Source: Podarcis muralis (Eukaryota). From it: a stretch of 64,000 nucleotides of DNA. The notes below the pieces were generated by a model. That model made no database searches. It had not been told where the DNA came from and saw nothing but the letters and a program-made list of their open reading frames with translations. This document shows, piece by piece, positions 1 through 10,646 of the stretch (the stretch's first letter is position 1; each line of letters starts with the position of its first letter). A program made the translations under genes and the position numbers. Location of the stretch: the NCBI RefSeq assembly GCF_964188315.1, contig NC_135670.1:11656001-11720000 (forward strand), read 5' to 3'.

Positions 1-301
1 GCTTGCAGAACTCATCTTTTTTTCTGGATGCAGAATTTGGAGGTATACTGTTCATGCATCCCTGCTTGCCTTTTGGGTGTTTTGGAACACAGCTCCTATC
101 AGCCCCAGCCAGCACCCGAGGTTGAGGAAGGCTGTTGTAGTCTTATATGTATTAGACATAAAGAAAATGTTCGTTCCCTAGCATGCGATTAGCAGCAGTG
201 ACAGGGTATGGATGTGGGAATAGGTTTTCTCTGGTCAGAGAGGGTGGCAGGAAGGTCAGATTTTGCCTTCCTCACTCTTCTTCCCTTCCCTTCTTTTCTA
301 G

Positions 302-3300
302 TCCAAGTTAGCCTCCATGTCCAACGATTTCAAGTCTGTTCTGGAGGTGCGGACAGAGGTAAGTTGCTTGTAAGCCACCAATCTCAAACTTTGCTAAAGT
401 GAGCTTCCGTTGTTTTAGCTGCTTCACACAACATAAGTAAGGCAGCTCTTGACTATTCACCCACCCCACCCCCACCCCTATAAACACAATTATAAAATGA
501 ATGCCTTATCAACCCTGATCAAAGGCAAAAGCAAATGGAGACTGCCTAAATTTGAACCTTTGTTATCTATATTGTTATCCCTCTTGTTTGGAGAAAAATG
601 GGCTAAAAAAAGTGGAAACAACAGTGTCAAGTTTCCATGAGAGGTGGTGAAAAGTCTGTGTAAATTGTACAACCTTATGGATCACCATCACTAGATGTAA
701 AGCAGGCTTGGGAAACCTTTGGGCCTCCAGATGTTGCTGAAGTACAACTCCCATCAGCCCCAGTGGCCATGGATGATGTAGTTCAAGCAACGTCTGGAGA
801 GCCAATGTTTCCCCACACCTGGAGGAGCTAGTGATATTATGCATTGCATTGATGTGTGGGCAATGGGATGATAGGGAAACTTTAACTTGTGCGCATTAAG
901 ACCCACCGGCCTGAGTGCCTTGATTGCTTGGCTTGCCCTGACCCTCCCAACTTCCTTCCCCAGAACCTTAAACAGCAGAAGACTCGGCGAGAACAGTTTT
1001 CCCGCCCCCCGGTCTCCGCCATTCCCCTCGCCGCAAGCAATCTAGGTGAGTCGTAGCAGGGAGTCCCCTGCTGCCAGAGGGAACTGGAAAGTGGTGCTGC
1101 AGGTACCCTATTGAAGGGGGGAAGGTGGGGTTGAAATGAGGTGGGGGAAGCAGTCTGACCTCGCTGGCTGATGTCCACAGGTGGCTCTGCTATGCTTCAG
1201 GACGAACGTCGGCACTCGGGGGACGTGGCTATTGACATGGACAGCCGGGCCAGCCAGCAGTTGCAACTCATCAATGAGCAGGTGCCTTGGCAGGGGGAGT
1301 GGGGGGGCCTGCAGACATTTGCACTAGAAATAAGGGATGTGGAGCAATGGGAGAGGCTAACTGGCTTTATTTCGGGTGTTGTCATTCTTTAGCTTCCCAT
1401 GGCTGAGCTATAGGATAAGAAACATCTGTCTACAAACAAAAGCACACATGAAGATTCATGTCCCTGCTGGAACTCCCTGTTTCTTCTGAGCAGCTTTGCC
1501 CTCTCTCCTTTGGCAGCCTTGCTCATTGTAGCCTATTGGCTTGGAGGGGAGCCTGTCAGAATTGAGCCGTCTGCTACTTGCATAGCCCTGCTTTGGGTTC
1601 TCACATCACACTAACGCAGGGATGGGGAGCCTGGTGCCTGCAAGGTGTTGTGGGACACCAATCCCCATCCTCCCCAGTCATTATGGCCAGTGGTAATGAG
1701 AGTTGTACTTCCAACACCTCCTGGAGAGCCTGACAGGTTTCCCACCCCTGTCCTAGACACACATCCCAACCAGCCAGGGATCAAATATTAAATGCACTTA
1801 CAGAGGCGTGAAGCAAGGATAGAGAGCCTGTGGCTCTCCAGATGTTGATTAACTTGAGTTCCCATTAGCCCCAGTCAGCATAGCCAGTGGTTAGGGATGA
1901 TGGGAGTTGTAGATGGGAGTTGTCACCAAAAACACCAGATCCACAGATCTGCCTGGTAACAGTGGTACAGAAAAGAGAGCAGGCAATCATAGAATTGTAG
2001 AGTTGGAAGGGACCCTAAGGATCATCTGTTCCAAACCCCTTGCCCACATCACCCGTTCCTCTTTTGTAGGATACGTACATCCAGAGCCGGGCAGACACCA
2101 TGCAGAACATCGAGTCTACTATCGTGGAGCTGGGCTCCATATTCCAGCAGTTGGCGCATATGGTTAAAGAACAAGAGGAGACCATCCAGAGGTAGTGGGC
2201 AGGGGAGAAAAGCTCTGTTCCTCTCGAGGCAGCCAGCGGATTGCAGCACAAGGGTTGTTTGGGAGGAGGCTTGTGGGGAAGACTTGTGGGAAGAGCCTGA
2301 CTGCTGGATCAGGCCAAAGGCCCACCAAGTCCAGCTTCCTGTTCCCGCCTTGGCAAGCAGGGCCTGAGCGCAGCAGCAACTCTCCTTGTGATTCTTAGCA
2401 ACTGGTACACAAGGGCAACCCCACCCCCAACAGACAGAGATGATCCTTAGCGGGGCGACTCACAGATGTTGGGTTCATCGCTTGACAACTGCAGCCAGCA
2501 ACCAGCTGCTGCAAATCAAAAGGGGTCTGATATGTGCAAAATGCACTGTACAGTGGTACCTCGCAAGACGAATGCCTTGCAAGACAAAAAACTCGCTAGA
2601 CGAAAGGGTTTTTGGTTTTTTGAGCTGCTTCGCAAGACTATTTTCCCTATGGGCTTGTTTCACAAGACGGAAACGTCTTGCAAGTTTCTTTCCTTTTTCT
2701 TAACACCGTTAATACAGTTGCGACTTGACTTCGAGGAGCAACTCATAGAACGCGGTGTGGTAGCCTTTTTTGAGGTTTTTGAAGACTTTGGTGATTTTTG
2801 AAGCTTTTCCAAAGCTTTCCCGACACCGTGCTTCGCAAGACGAAAAAAATCGCAAGACGACAAAACTCGCGGAATGAATTAATTTTGTCTTGCGAGGCAC
2901 CACTGTATGTTATTTCAGTAAGAATCCTGGGAGGCAACTTTGTGTTACTGTTTCCATAGGTCTCATTTCAGGTAGGTAGCCGTGTTGGTCTGCCGTAGTT
3001 GAAACAAAATAAATTCCTTCCAGTAGCACCTTAGAGACCAACTAAGTTTGTTATTGGTATGAGCTTTCGTGTACATGTGTGTGTATCTGAAGAAGTGTGC
3101 ATGCACATGAAAGCTCATGCCAATAACAAACTTAGTTGGTCTGTAAGGTGCTACTGGAAGGAATTTATTTTGTTTCCATAGGGTTGTTCCTCCACCCCTA
3201 GAGGCAAGAAGCAAACTGGCAGCTCCTCCTGAGGGCTTCACCTGCCCTTTTTTTTCTTCCTTTTTTGCCAATCCTGTAGAATTGACGCCAACGTGGAAGA

Positions 3301-3439
3301 TGCTCAGCTTAATGTTGAAGGCGCCCACACGGAGATCCTGAAATATTTCCAGTCCGTCACATCCAATCGGTGGCTGATGGTGAAAATCTTCCTCATCCTT
3401 ATTGTCTTCTTCATCATCTTCGTGGTGTTCCTGGCCTGA
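302..3439 (+). CDS. STX5: Syntaxin-5, last five coding exons (5' part is outside the window)
   Basis: GT-AG exons 302-358, 964-1045, 1181-1281, 2070-2191 and 3280-3439 splice in frame to SKLASMSNDFKSVLEVRTE|NLKQQKTRREQFSRPP...|...VAIDMDSRASQQLQLINEQ|DTYIQSRADTMQNIESTIVELGSIFQQLAHMVKEQEETIQR|IDANVED...NRWLMVKIFLILIVFFIIFVVFLA*. This is the SNARE motif plus C-terminal TM anchor of syntaxin-5. Confidence 0.97.
705..822. repeat. Short palindromic MITE family (CCTCCAGATGTT...ACAACTCCCATCA)
   Basis: Recurrent hairpin elements of about 120 bp, also at about 1620-1750, 8930-9050, 41760-41870, 57420-57540 and 58915-59045. Boundaries are approximate. Confidence 0.65.
2551..2905. mobile_element. Tc1/mariner-type MITE in an STX5 intron
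   Basis: TIRs CAGTGGTACCTCGCAAGAC / GTCTTGCGAGGCACCACTG, flanked by TA. Confidence 0.85.
3001..3176. repeat. Long inverted repeat, probably Penelope-derived, in the last STX5 intron
   Basis: 77-nt arms at 3001-3077 and 3100-3176 are reverse complements with 4 mismatches. The family assignment is from memory. Confidence 0.8.
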
Positions 3440-4550
3440 TGGTGGAGGCGGCTCAACCGCCCACCACCAGCTCCTCCTCCTCCTGCAAGAGCCGCGTTGG
3501 GACGCTGGACTCTTCTGTTCTCTTTGTAGCCGGCCTGGGGGCAGAGTCATCCCTGCTGCCCACCATGTGCCTGGTGCCGAAAGGGGGCCCATCCTCGCTC
3601 ATTTGTGACTCTCTCTTTTTTGGCTGCGGCTCTCGGCCTGGAGCGGGGGCCACCCCAATCGGAGTGCAATAGCATTTGGACTACGCTGTGAAGGGCTCTG
3701 CCCCAACAAACCCCCTTCTGCTCCCCAGATGGGATACAATCCAGTGCGGGGGCATGTCTGTATGTAGCGGGACCAGGATCTTGCATCTCTTCCCCTCCTC
3801 TGTTCTATATATTTGCCCTTCCCCTTTGGGACTAAACGAAAAACAACACACTAACAGAACCCCTCCCTTCCCCTTTTAAAACATTACTGATACCTTGGTG
3901 TGAGGTTTCAACTTCCCAGCACGGGCTCCCTCTCTCAATTTGTTGGGGAGGCAGCTGTATCTCTAAAGTTGCAAGGCTTGTCTTGTCTTTTCTGGAGGGC
4001 CGTGGGCCTGATAGGGGTTTCTCCCCACTCCCTGTTTTCCATATTTAAGTTTCTTCCTTGCTGCTGCCTAGGCATAGGGAGCTCCTGTGTGCAAGGAAGG
4101 TTCTCTGAGTCTCCCGTTTTAGACAGAGGCAGATCAAGGGGCAGCCTTCCTCGTTGCGTCTCCTGCTCAAGGGAGAGATTTCTCACTGTGGCTGATTTAC
4201 GCAGACCAAATATGTTTCCCCCTGTGGCTCCGATCCTCCTGGCTGATGGAAGTCAGCAGGGCTTGGGCAGAGACACCGACGCCTCTTTTAGTTGCCAGGC
4301 ACCCTATCTCTCCCTCTCTGAAAACAGATCTAACTCTCTAGTGCCTCCTCCATGCTGTCAAACAGTTCAGGCTCACCCCCACCCCCCAAAAAAAAAGAAG
4401 TGGAGAAAGTGTCCTTGCTACCCCAACCTTACTAATCATTATAAGCTAGTTGATACTGATATAACTGCTAAGCTCTAATCCTTCTCTTCCCCTGCCCTAA
4501 CCTCTTTTTCGTTAGTAGCCTATGCTAAGGCCATTTCAACCCACTGGCCT

Positions 4551-4750
4551 NNNNNNNNNNNNNNNNNNNNNNNNNNNNNNNNNNNNNNNNNNNNNNNNNN
4601 NNNNNNNNNNNNNNNNNNNNNNNNNNNNNNNNNNNNNNNNNNNNNNNNNNNNNNNNNNNNNNNNNNNNNNNNNNNNNNNNNNNNNNNNNNNNNNNNNNNN
4701 NNNNNNNNNNNNNNNNNNNNNNNNNNNNNNNNNNNNNNNNNNNNNNNNNN
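4551..4750. other. Assembly gap (200 N)
   Basis: N run. Confidence 1.
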
Positions 4751-6353
4751 CAACAACGGAGTCTTCTGCCCATTCTGTTGCTGGCACACTAGCCTGGATT
4801 GCGAACACTTTTATCTGCTTATGCCAGCCTGGGCCAAGCTGGTACACGCCAGCGTATTGTGGGCCACAGCTCCCATCTTCCCCCGTCAGCATGAGTGGCT
4901 GGGGCTGATGGCAGTCGTAGTCTCAAAAACCCCGCCGGAGCGCATCAGCTCGTCCACGGCTAGCTTAACACTTTGCCAAGATTAGCTCCCCAGTCTGTGT
5001 TGCAATTAAAATCTACATGAAGATACAGCATAAATGAGTGGGGTGCAATTTCTTCTGGGCCTTGGCCACTGGTCATACAGTCCATCTTCCCAGCTCTTCC
5101 TTCCAGAGGAATGTAGCAGAAAGAGCTGCGGCTGGAGGTTCTGGCTGAGATTTTTCCGGCCCCTAAGGAAGCTCTTTTGTGCAAGTCAGGCGAGTTGGTT
5201 AATTTAACTTGGTACTGATTCTGCATCCAACACTGGCTTGCTTGGCTCTCAGGCAGAGGTCTGTCCTAACAGAGGCATTAGAATCCAGCTCTCCCTTCCC
5301 AAACAAGTATAGTTAGCAGGTGTTCTTCCAGATTGAAAATGCCCAGAATAGTGCCTTTCTTTTATTGGTTGAATTTGCTTAGATTGAATTCGACCCACCC
5401 TCCAGATATTGGGCTGCCCTCTGCCCCAGCCAGTGAGGCCAAAGGTCAGGGATGATGGGAATTGTTGTCCATACAGCAACATCTGGAGGGCTGTTTGTTA
5501 CCCTTGAACTACCAGGTATGGCCAACTCCCAAGAGATTGTGATCTACTTTCAGAATTAAAAACTGGCAGTGATCTACCCACGTTTTTGGAGGGTTCTGAT
5601 CAAATTTGTTGAGCTTTTTTGGGGGGAGAGCTGCCAGGATCTACCAGTGATCTTCCACAGACATCCGGTCATCTACCAGTAGATCACGATCTACCTGTTA
5701 GATGTGCCTGAACTAGACAGTGTTGCTGCAGGCCAATCTACACAGGATCCTTGAGTTATATTGGTGGGCGGAAGCGGAGAGAGAAAGCATGACAGAACAT
5801 CAACAGCAGGCCGGAAAATATTGCAGCTTTGACTGGGAGCTCCAGGTGGGTGGAAATTAGGTCATGATTTTATGAGTCTCCAACTTAGACTATGTAAGGT
5901 AAGGCCTTGGAAACATCAATTTGCCATCCTGCTAGGAGAAGCTCTGTAATCCCTTCCTCACCCCAGGGTGTAGGGACCTAGATGCAGAGTCAGGGCTTGG
6001 CTTTGTGCCTGCAGTCACCACTGAGCGATGTGAAGTCATACCTTCTGAGCATGGGGCGAGTGCAATTCCTACAGGTACACCTCTAAATAACCACCCCATG
6101 CACAGCTCTTCCCTATCTAAGCGAAGGACAATCCTCTTGCTACAAGAGCAATTCTCACTTTAGAAACAAAGTACTGTGGTTTTCTTTTAAAGGCACAAAG
6201 ATAAGCTCAGCATGGGAAGGAGAGAACATTTTCAGTTTTGTCTTTAGGCAGCAGGTGGGCACTACGAGTTGCTCATAGTCCTGATTGATGGGTGGCTCTT
6301 GTAAAAGACTCAAGAGGATGTGTGTTGGATAAACCTCACCACAGATGAAAGTA

Positions 6354-6578
6354 CAGTGGTACTTCGGGTTACATACGCTTCAGGTTACAGACTCCGCTAA
6401 CCCAGAAATAGTACCTCGGGTTAAGAACTTTGCTTCAGGATAAGAACAGAATCGTGCTCCGGCGGTGCGGCGGCAGCAGGAGGCTCCATTAGCTAAAGTG
6501 GTGCTTCAGGTTAAGAACAGTTTCAGGTTAAGAACGAACCTCCGGAACGAATTAAGTACTTAACCCAAGGTACCACTG
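6354..6578. mobile_element. Tc1/mariner (Tigger-like) MITE, family with four copies in the window
   Basis: TIR CAGTGGTAC(C/T)TCGGGTT, TA target site, internal AACCTGAAG repeats. Confidence 0.85.
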
Positions 6579-6583
6579 TAATA

Positions 6584-6950
6584 GAGGGAAGCGGGCGGCG
6601 CTGTGGGTTAAACCACAGAGCCTAGGGCTTGCCGAACAGAAGGTCGGCGGTTTGAATCCCCGCGACGGGGTGAGCTCCCGTTGCTCTGTCCCTGCTCCTG
6701 CCAACCTAGCAGTTCAAAAGCACATCAAAGTGCAAGTAGAGAAATAGGTACCGCTCCGGTGGGAAGGTAAACGGCATTTCCGTGCGCTGCTCTGGTTCGC
6801 CAGAAGTGGCTTAGTCATGCTGGCCACATGACCCGGAAGCTGTCTGCAGATAAACGCCGGCTCCCTCGGCCAATAAAGTGAGATGAGCGCCGCAACGCCA
6901 GAGTCGGCCATGACTGGACCTAATGGTCAGGGGTCCCTTTACCTTACCTT
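6584..6950 (+). mobile_element. Sauria SINE
   Basis: GCGGCGCTGTGGGTTAAACC head, (ACCTT)n tail, 13-bp TSD TACCACTGTAATA (6571-83 / 6951-63). Confidence 0.9.
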
Positions 6951-7439
6951 TACCACTGTAATAAGAGTTACACTCCACTGCGATCTTTATTGGCCTGCTT
7001 TGTATAATGGTGGTTTTTCACTTAAAATCTACAATGCAAAAATATAGGGAACTTTTGGCATTCTAGATGCCACTGGATTACAAACTTCATAATCCCTGAG
7101 CATTGGCCATGCTGCCAGAGGCAGATTTACATTATTTTTATGCCTCTTTTACGTGTTTCCTTTTAACTCAGAGGCCCCCAAAGCAGCAAACGGAATATGA
7201 ATACAAAAGAAAATGCAATAAAAGTACAAAAAAAAAATCATCTGCTGTAGTAGGCAATATTGGAACTAAATTTAACTCTTAGGATCAGGCATATACTATA
7301 AATTAGACAATAGCTGCCACCAGCTACCCCACTTTGTGGCTCTTGCTGCAAGACTGAATCGCAGATAATCAATTTTCCATGACACATGATTTTAATGTTT
7401 GCCAACCTAACAGAGTACCTAATGTTAACTCAAACTCAC

Positions 7440-7843
7440 CATCTCTCCGCTTCAGTTTGTGCCATTCTTAGAGCTGTGGCAGATTTTGCCTATTGGTGTA
7501 CATCCTCAGACTCGGTTAAGATTTCTTGCTACGTCAAAAGTTGACCCTACAGCTCATCCATGCTGCCAGATTCACTGGCCTACGAAGCTGCCCTCTTCAT
7601 AATTTGTTTAAGGTCTGCTTGCAGTTTTTGCTGCTGTTCTTCAGAGACTTCAAGCTTACCCAGCAAATATTCATTATGAGCTTCAAATTCAGAAAATGTG
7701 TAGTGTAGATTGTATATCTCCCTTTTCTGGTTCTCTGGTCATGTAAGGCCATGAATACATTCGTTATCCATTGATGTAGAATTTAAAGGTTCGTTTTGCA
7801 AGCTGTCTGATTTGGATTTGGGCCAGCAGTAAGCTTCACTGAG
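7440..7843 (-). pseudogene. Possible decayed coiled-coil coding exon
   Basis: Acceptor CATTTAG| and donor TG|GTGAGT bound an E/Q/K/L-rich frame ([43 protein letters not shown]) with 5 in-frame stops. No homologue recognised. Confidence 0.35.
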
Positions 7844-7939
7844 CTAAATGGAGATTACGTCCATGAAAGTGTGTTTGGAAGTACAGTACAACCTTAGAAC
7901 AGTAATAATACTATAGGCTTCCTAGCAGCCAGTTCAGAG

Positions 7940-8177
7940 CATAGCTGTCAAGCGTCCCTTATTTGGCGGGACAGTCCCTTATCCCAGCGCCATGTCCCGC
8001 TGCTGTCTCTTATTGATGAGGCTTCGTTTGGCTGCTGGCTGGGCTTTCTGCCTTTGGCTCGGAGGGGCTCAGAAGCCAAACATACCTGTGCCCGGAAAAT
8101 CCCTTATTTTGGCTGCTGATCCCTTATTTTCGAGGCTGCTGGTCCCTTATTTTCAAATCTGTAAATTGACAGCTATG
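7940..8177. mobile_element. hAT-type MITE
   Basis: 12-bp TIR CATAGCTGTCAA / TTGACAGCTATG, 8-bp TSD GTTCAGAG / GTTCATAG and internal CCCTTATTT repeats. Confidence 0.8.
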
Positions 8178-9070
8178 GTTCATAGGCATCCATGATGGCT
8201 AGATTAACACACAGGCCTCCACTTCTAGTTCCTTAGATCTCTCACTTTGCTGGGATGGAAGTGAGAGATACACAGAAAACAGTGAAGAACCCAAGATTTG
8301 GGCAAAGGTACAAAATGCTTTGATAAGGGGCACTCCTTGAATTTCTGATTTGAACAGACCCTATTTATTTGGAGATCCAATATTTTAATGGTATCTGGGA
8401 TTAGGTAGCAGGAGCCTCCCTGTTCCCAAACAACAAAAAGTAGCAGCCAAGATTGAAATCCCTGCTCTTTCCTTTGTGCAAAAATGTATTATTTTTTGCA
8501 AAGCAGTGCATCTGCATGCAAGTCAGTGGAGCATGAGGCTTCTGTGTGCAACTTGAGTGTGGGATTTGGCTTGGGAAGGAGCCAGGGTGTGGGCATTTCA
8601 GTAAGCTGAACTTTTTTTGCAACTTTAGGAATTGTTTTGTGGGGAAATATGCAATACTCAAAGTGAATTACAGCAGGGGTTAGCATCATTCAAGCACGTG
8701 GGATTTCCTTTCTTTCTTTCTTTCTTTCTTTTTTTTTGCTAAAGCCCAAAGGTCCATCAGCAGAAACAAAGAGCATAAAAAGTACAAAAATTAGGCTGCT
8801 GATGTGGTCATGTTCCAGGATGGAGGCTTTAGACTGAACAAGTCCCACAGGCAAGGGGTGTGTTTGTGCAGATTCATTGTTCTTTTTAAAAGTCAGAAAC
8901 CCTTGTTGAGCTATATGCAAATTTATTTGTGTAGGAGTGGGGTACCTATGATTCTCCTGCTGTTGTTGGGACACCCAACCCTCAGGCTATATGGACAAAG
9001 TTGATGCAAGTTGTACTCCCAACATCATTTGTAGAGCCATAGGTTCCTCACTCCTGATACAAGCCATATA

Positions 9071-9277
9071 CAGTGATACCTCGAGTTACAAACTCCGCTA
9101 ACCAGGAAGAGTTACCTCGAGTTGAGAACTTTGCCCCAGGATGAGAACGGAAATTGTGTGCCGGCGGCACAGTGGCAGCAAGAGGCCCCATTAGCGAAAG
9201 CACACCTCTAGTTAATAAGTTTCAGGTTAAGAACGGACCTCCAGAATGAATTATGTTCATAACTAGAGGTACCACTG
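9071..9277. mobile_element. Tigger-like MITE, same family as 6354
   Basis: CAGTGATACCTCGAGTT...AGAGGTACCACTG with TA flanks. Confidence 0.8.
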
Positions 9278-10239
9278 TAAAGCCCTAAACTATCTGGGAC
9301 TCTTGATACCTACAAGAACACCTTTCTATATATTGAGTAGCCAATGCAGTGCTCCCACCCAGATGTTGGAACTCTCAGGTCAACACTCAGGTCCCATCAT
9401 CCTCAGCCACTGTGGCCAATAGGGATGATAGGATTTATTTTATTTTGTTTGTTTATTGGATTTATATACTGCCTTTCTACCAAGGCAGCCAAGGCGGTTT
9501 ACAATTTTAAAACAATAAAACAAATATAAAAAATGTTCAGGGGCATATGACAGGGTATTTCCTGTAGTGGTTTCTTGACTCTGGAGCTCCTTCCTTTGGG
9601 GAAATACAACCCCCACAGTGGGTACGGTAGTTTTAAGGAACAAGGAAAGTCCCACCACCACACCTTTTATTCACCATGTGTTTGGTGAAACTATTTTTTA
9701 TTCTTCTATTTTACTCTGCACATCATGGAACTCTATAGGTGATTTTATAGTTTATCCGTATATCCTTTTGATATATCATACACAGAGACATGCATGTCAT
9801 TTCTGTAAGCTGCCTTGGGCTCCATATTGAAGGAAATGTGAGCTGTAAGTCTTAACTAATAAATAATATAAATAAATAAATAATAAACCAAGCACCCAAG
9901 GCAGCAGATCCCAAGTTGCTTTCTGCTTCCTCCCGGACTACACTGCTGTTCGAAGATATTCTCTCCCTCCAGCCTACATTTTACATTGGCATGCCTTTTA
10001 CAAAACTCAACAAAACAACCACAGACGTTTCACAGGAGCGTCAAAGCGCAGGGGCCTCCCGTTTGTGTTTTATCTTTGCCCCAGCCCTGTTTGCTCGGTA
10101 GCTGCTGCCCAACCACAGCTGCGCGCCAAAAAAAAAATGACATTCCTCCATTCATCCCAACGACGAGCGCCGCTCCCTCTCTCCGCGATTGTAGGTGAAA
10201 GGGTGAACCGAAGGAGTCGTCTCCCTTCTCTTTTTAAAC

Positions 10240-10646
10240 GAGCCGGAAGTAGAACTCCGGATACGGAAAGCTCTAGGCGCAGCACCTCTATGGTCACAAA
10301 GCCGAGCGTTGAGGGCGCGCCTGACGTGCTCGCGTACTATAATCACCGGAGGGCGGGAGCGCGTCCGTTTCGGGCATGCGCAGTGCGGCGCGTGGGGCCC
10401 CCCTCAGTTGGATGAAAAATACTTCGTGAGGGAAAGAGCGGAGGGAGCATCTGGCTTGGCTTTCCAACCGACTCGAGAGCGGATTTATCATAACCGCCGT
10501 CATTCTTGCTGCTGCTGCTGCTGCTATTGTTTTTAATCTTTCGAGCGAGAGGCGAGGTGCTTGTACCTGTCCGAGTCCTTGCCTCTCTCTCGGCCTCATC
10601 CTGCGCTCGGGGAAGCGCCGACGCTCCCTCAGGGCCGCTTCCCTCG
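10240..10646 (+). promoter_or_regulatory. NXF1 CpG-island promoter and 5' UTR
   Basis: CpG-rich, with ETS/GABP CCGGAAGT (10243-10250), CRE half-site TGACGT (10322-10327), NRF1-type GCATGCGCA (10374-10382) and a short (CTG)n tract near 10507. Confidence 0.75.

Noticed and set aside
2963-3592. 209-aa minus-strand ORF
   Set aside because: Antisense of the last STX5 exon plus the inverted repeat.
4520-4908. ORFs spanning N runs (also 43110-43474 and 53182-53722)
   Set aside because: Artefacts of translating through assembly gaps.
6421-6545. Regularly spaced AGGTTAAGAAC repeats that look array-like
   Set aside because: Internal sub-terminal repeats of a mariner MITE present in four copies. Not a CRISPR array; this is a eukaryotic locus.
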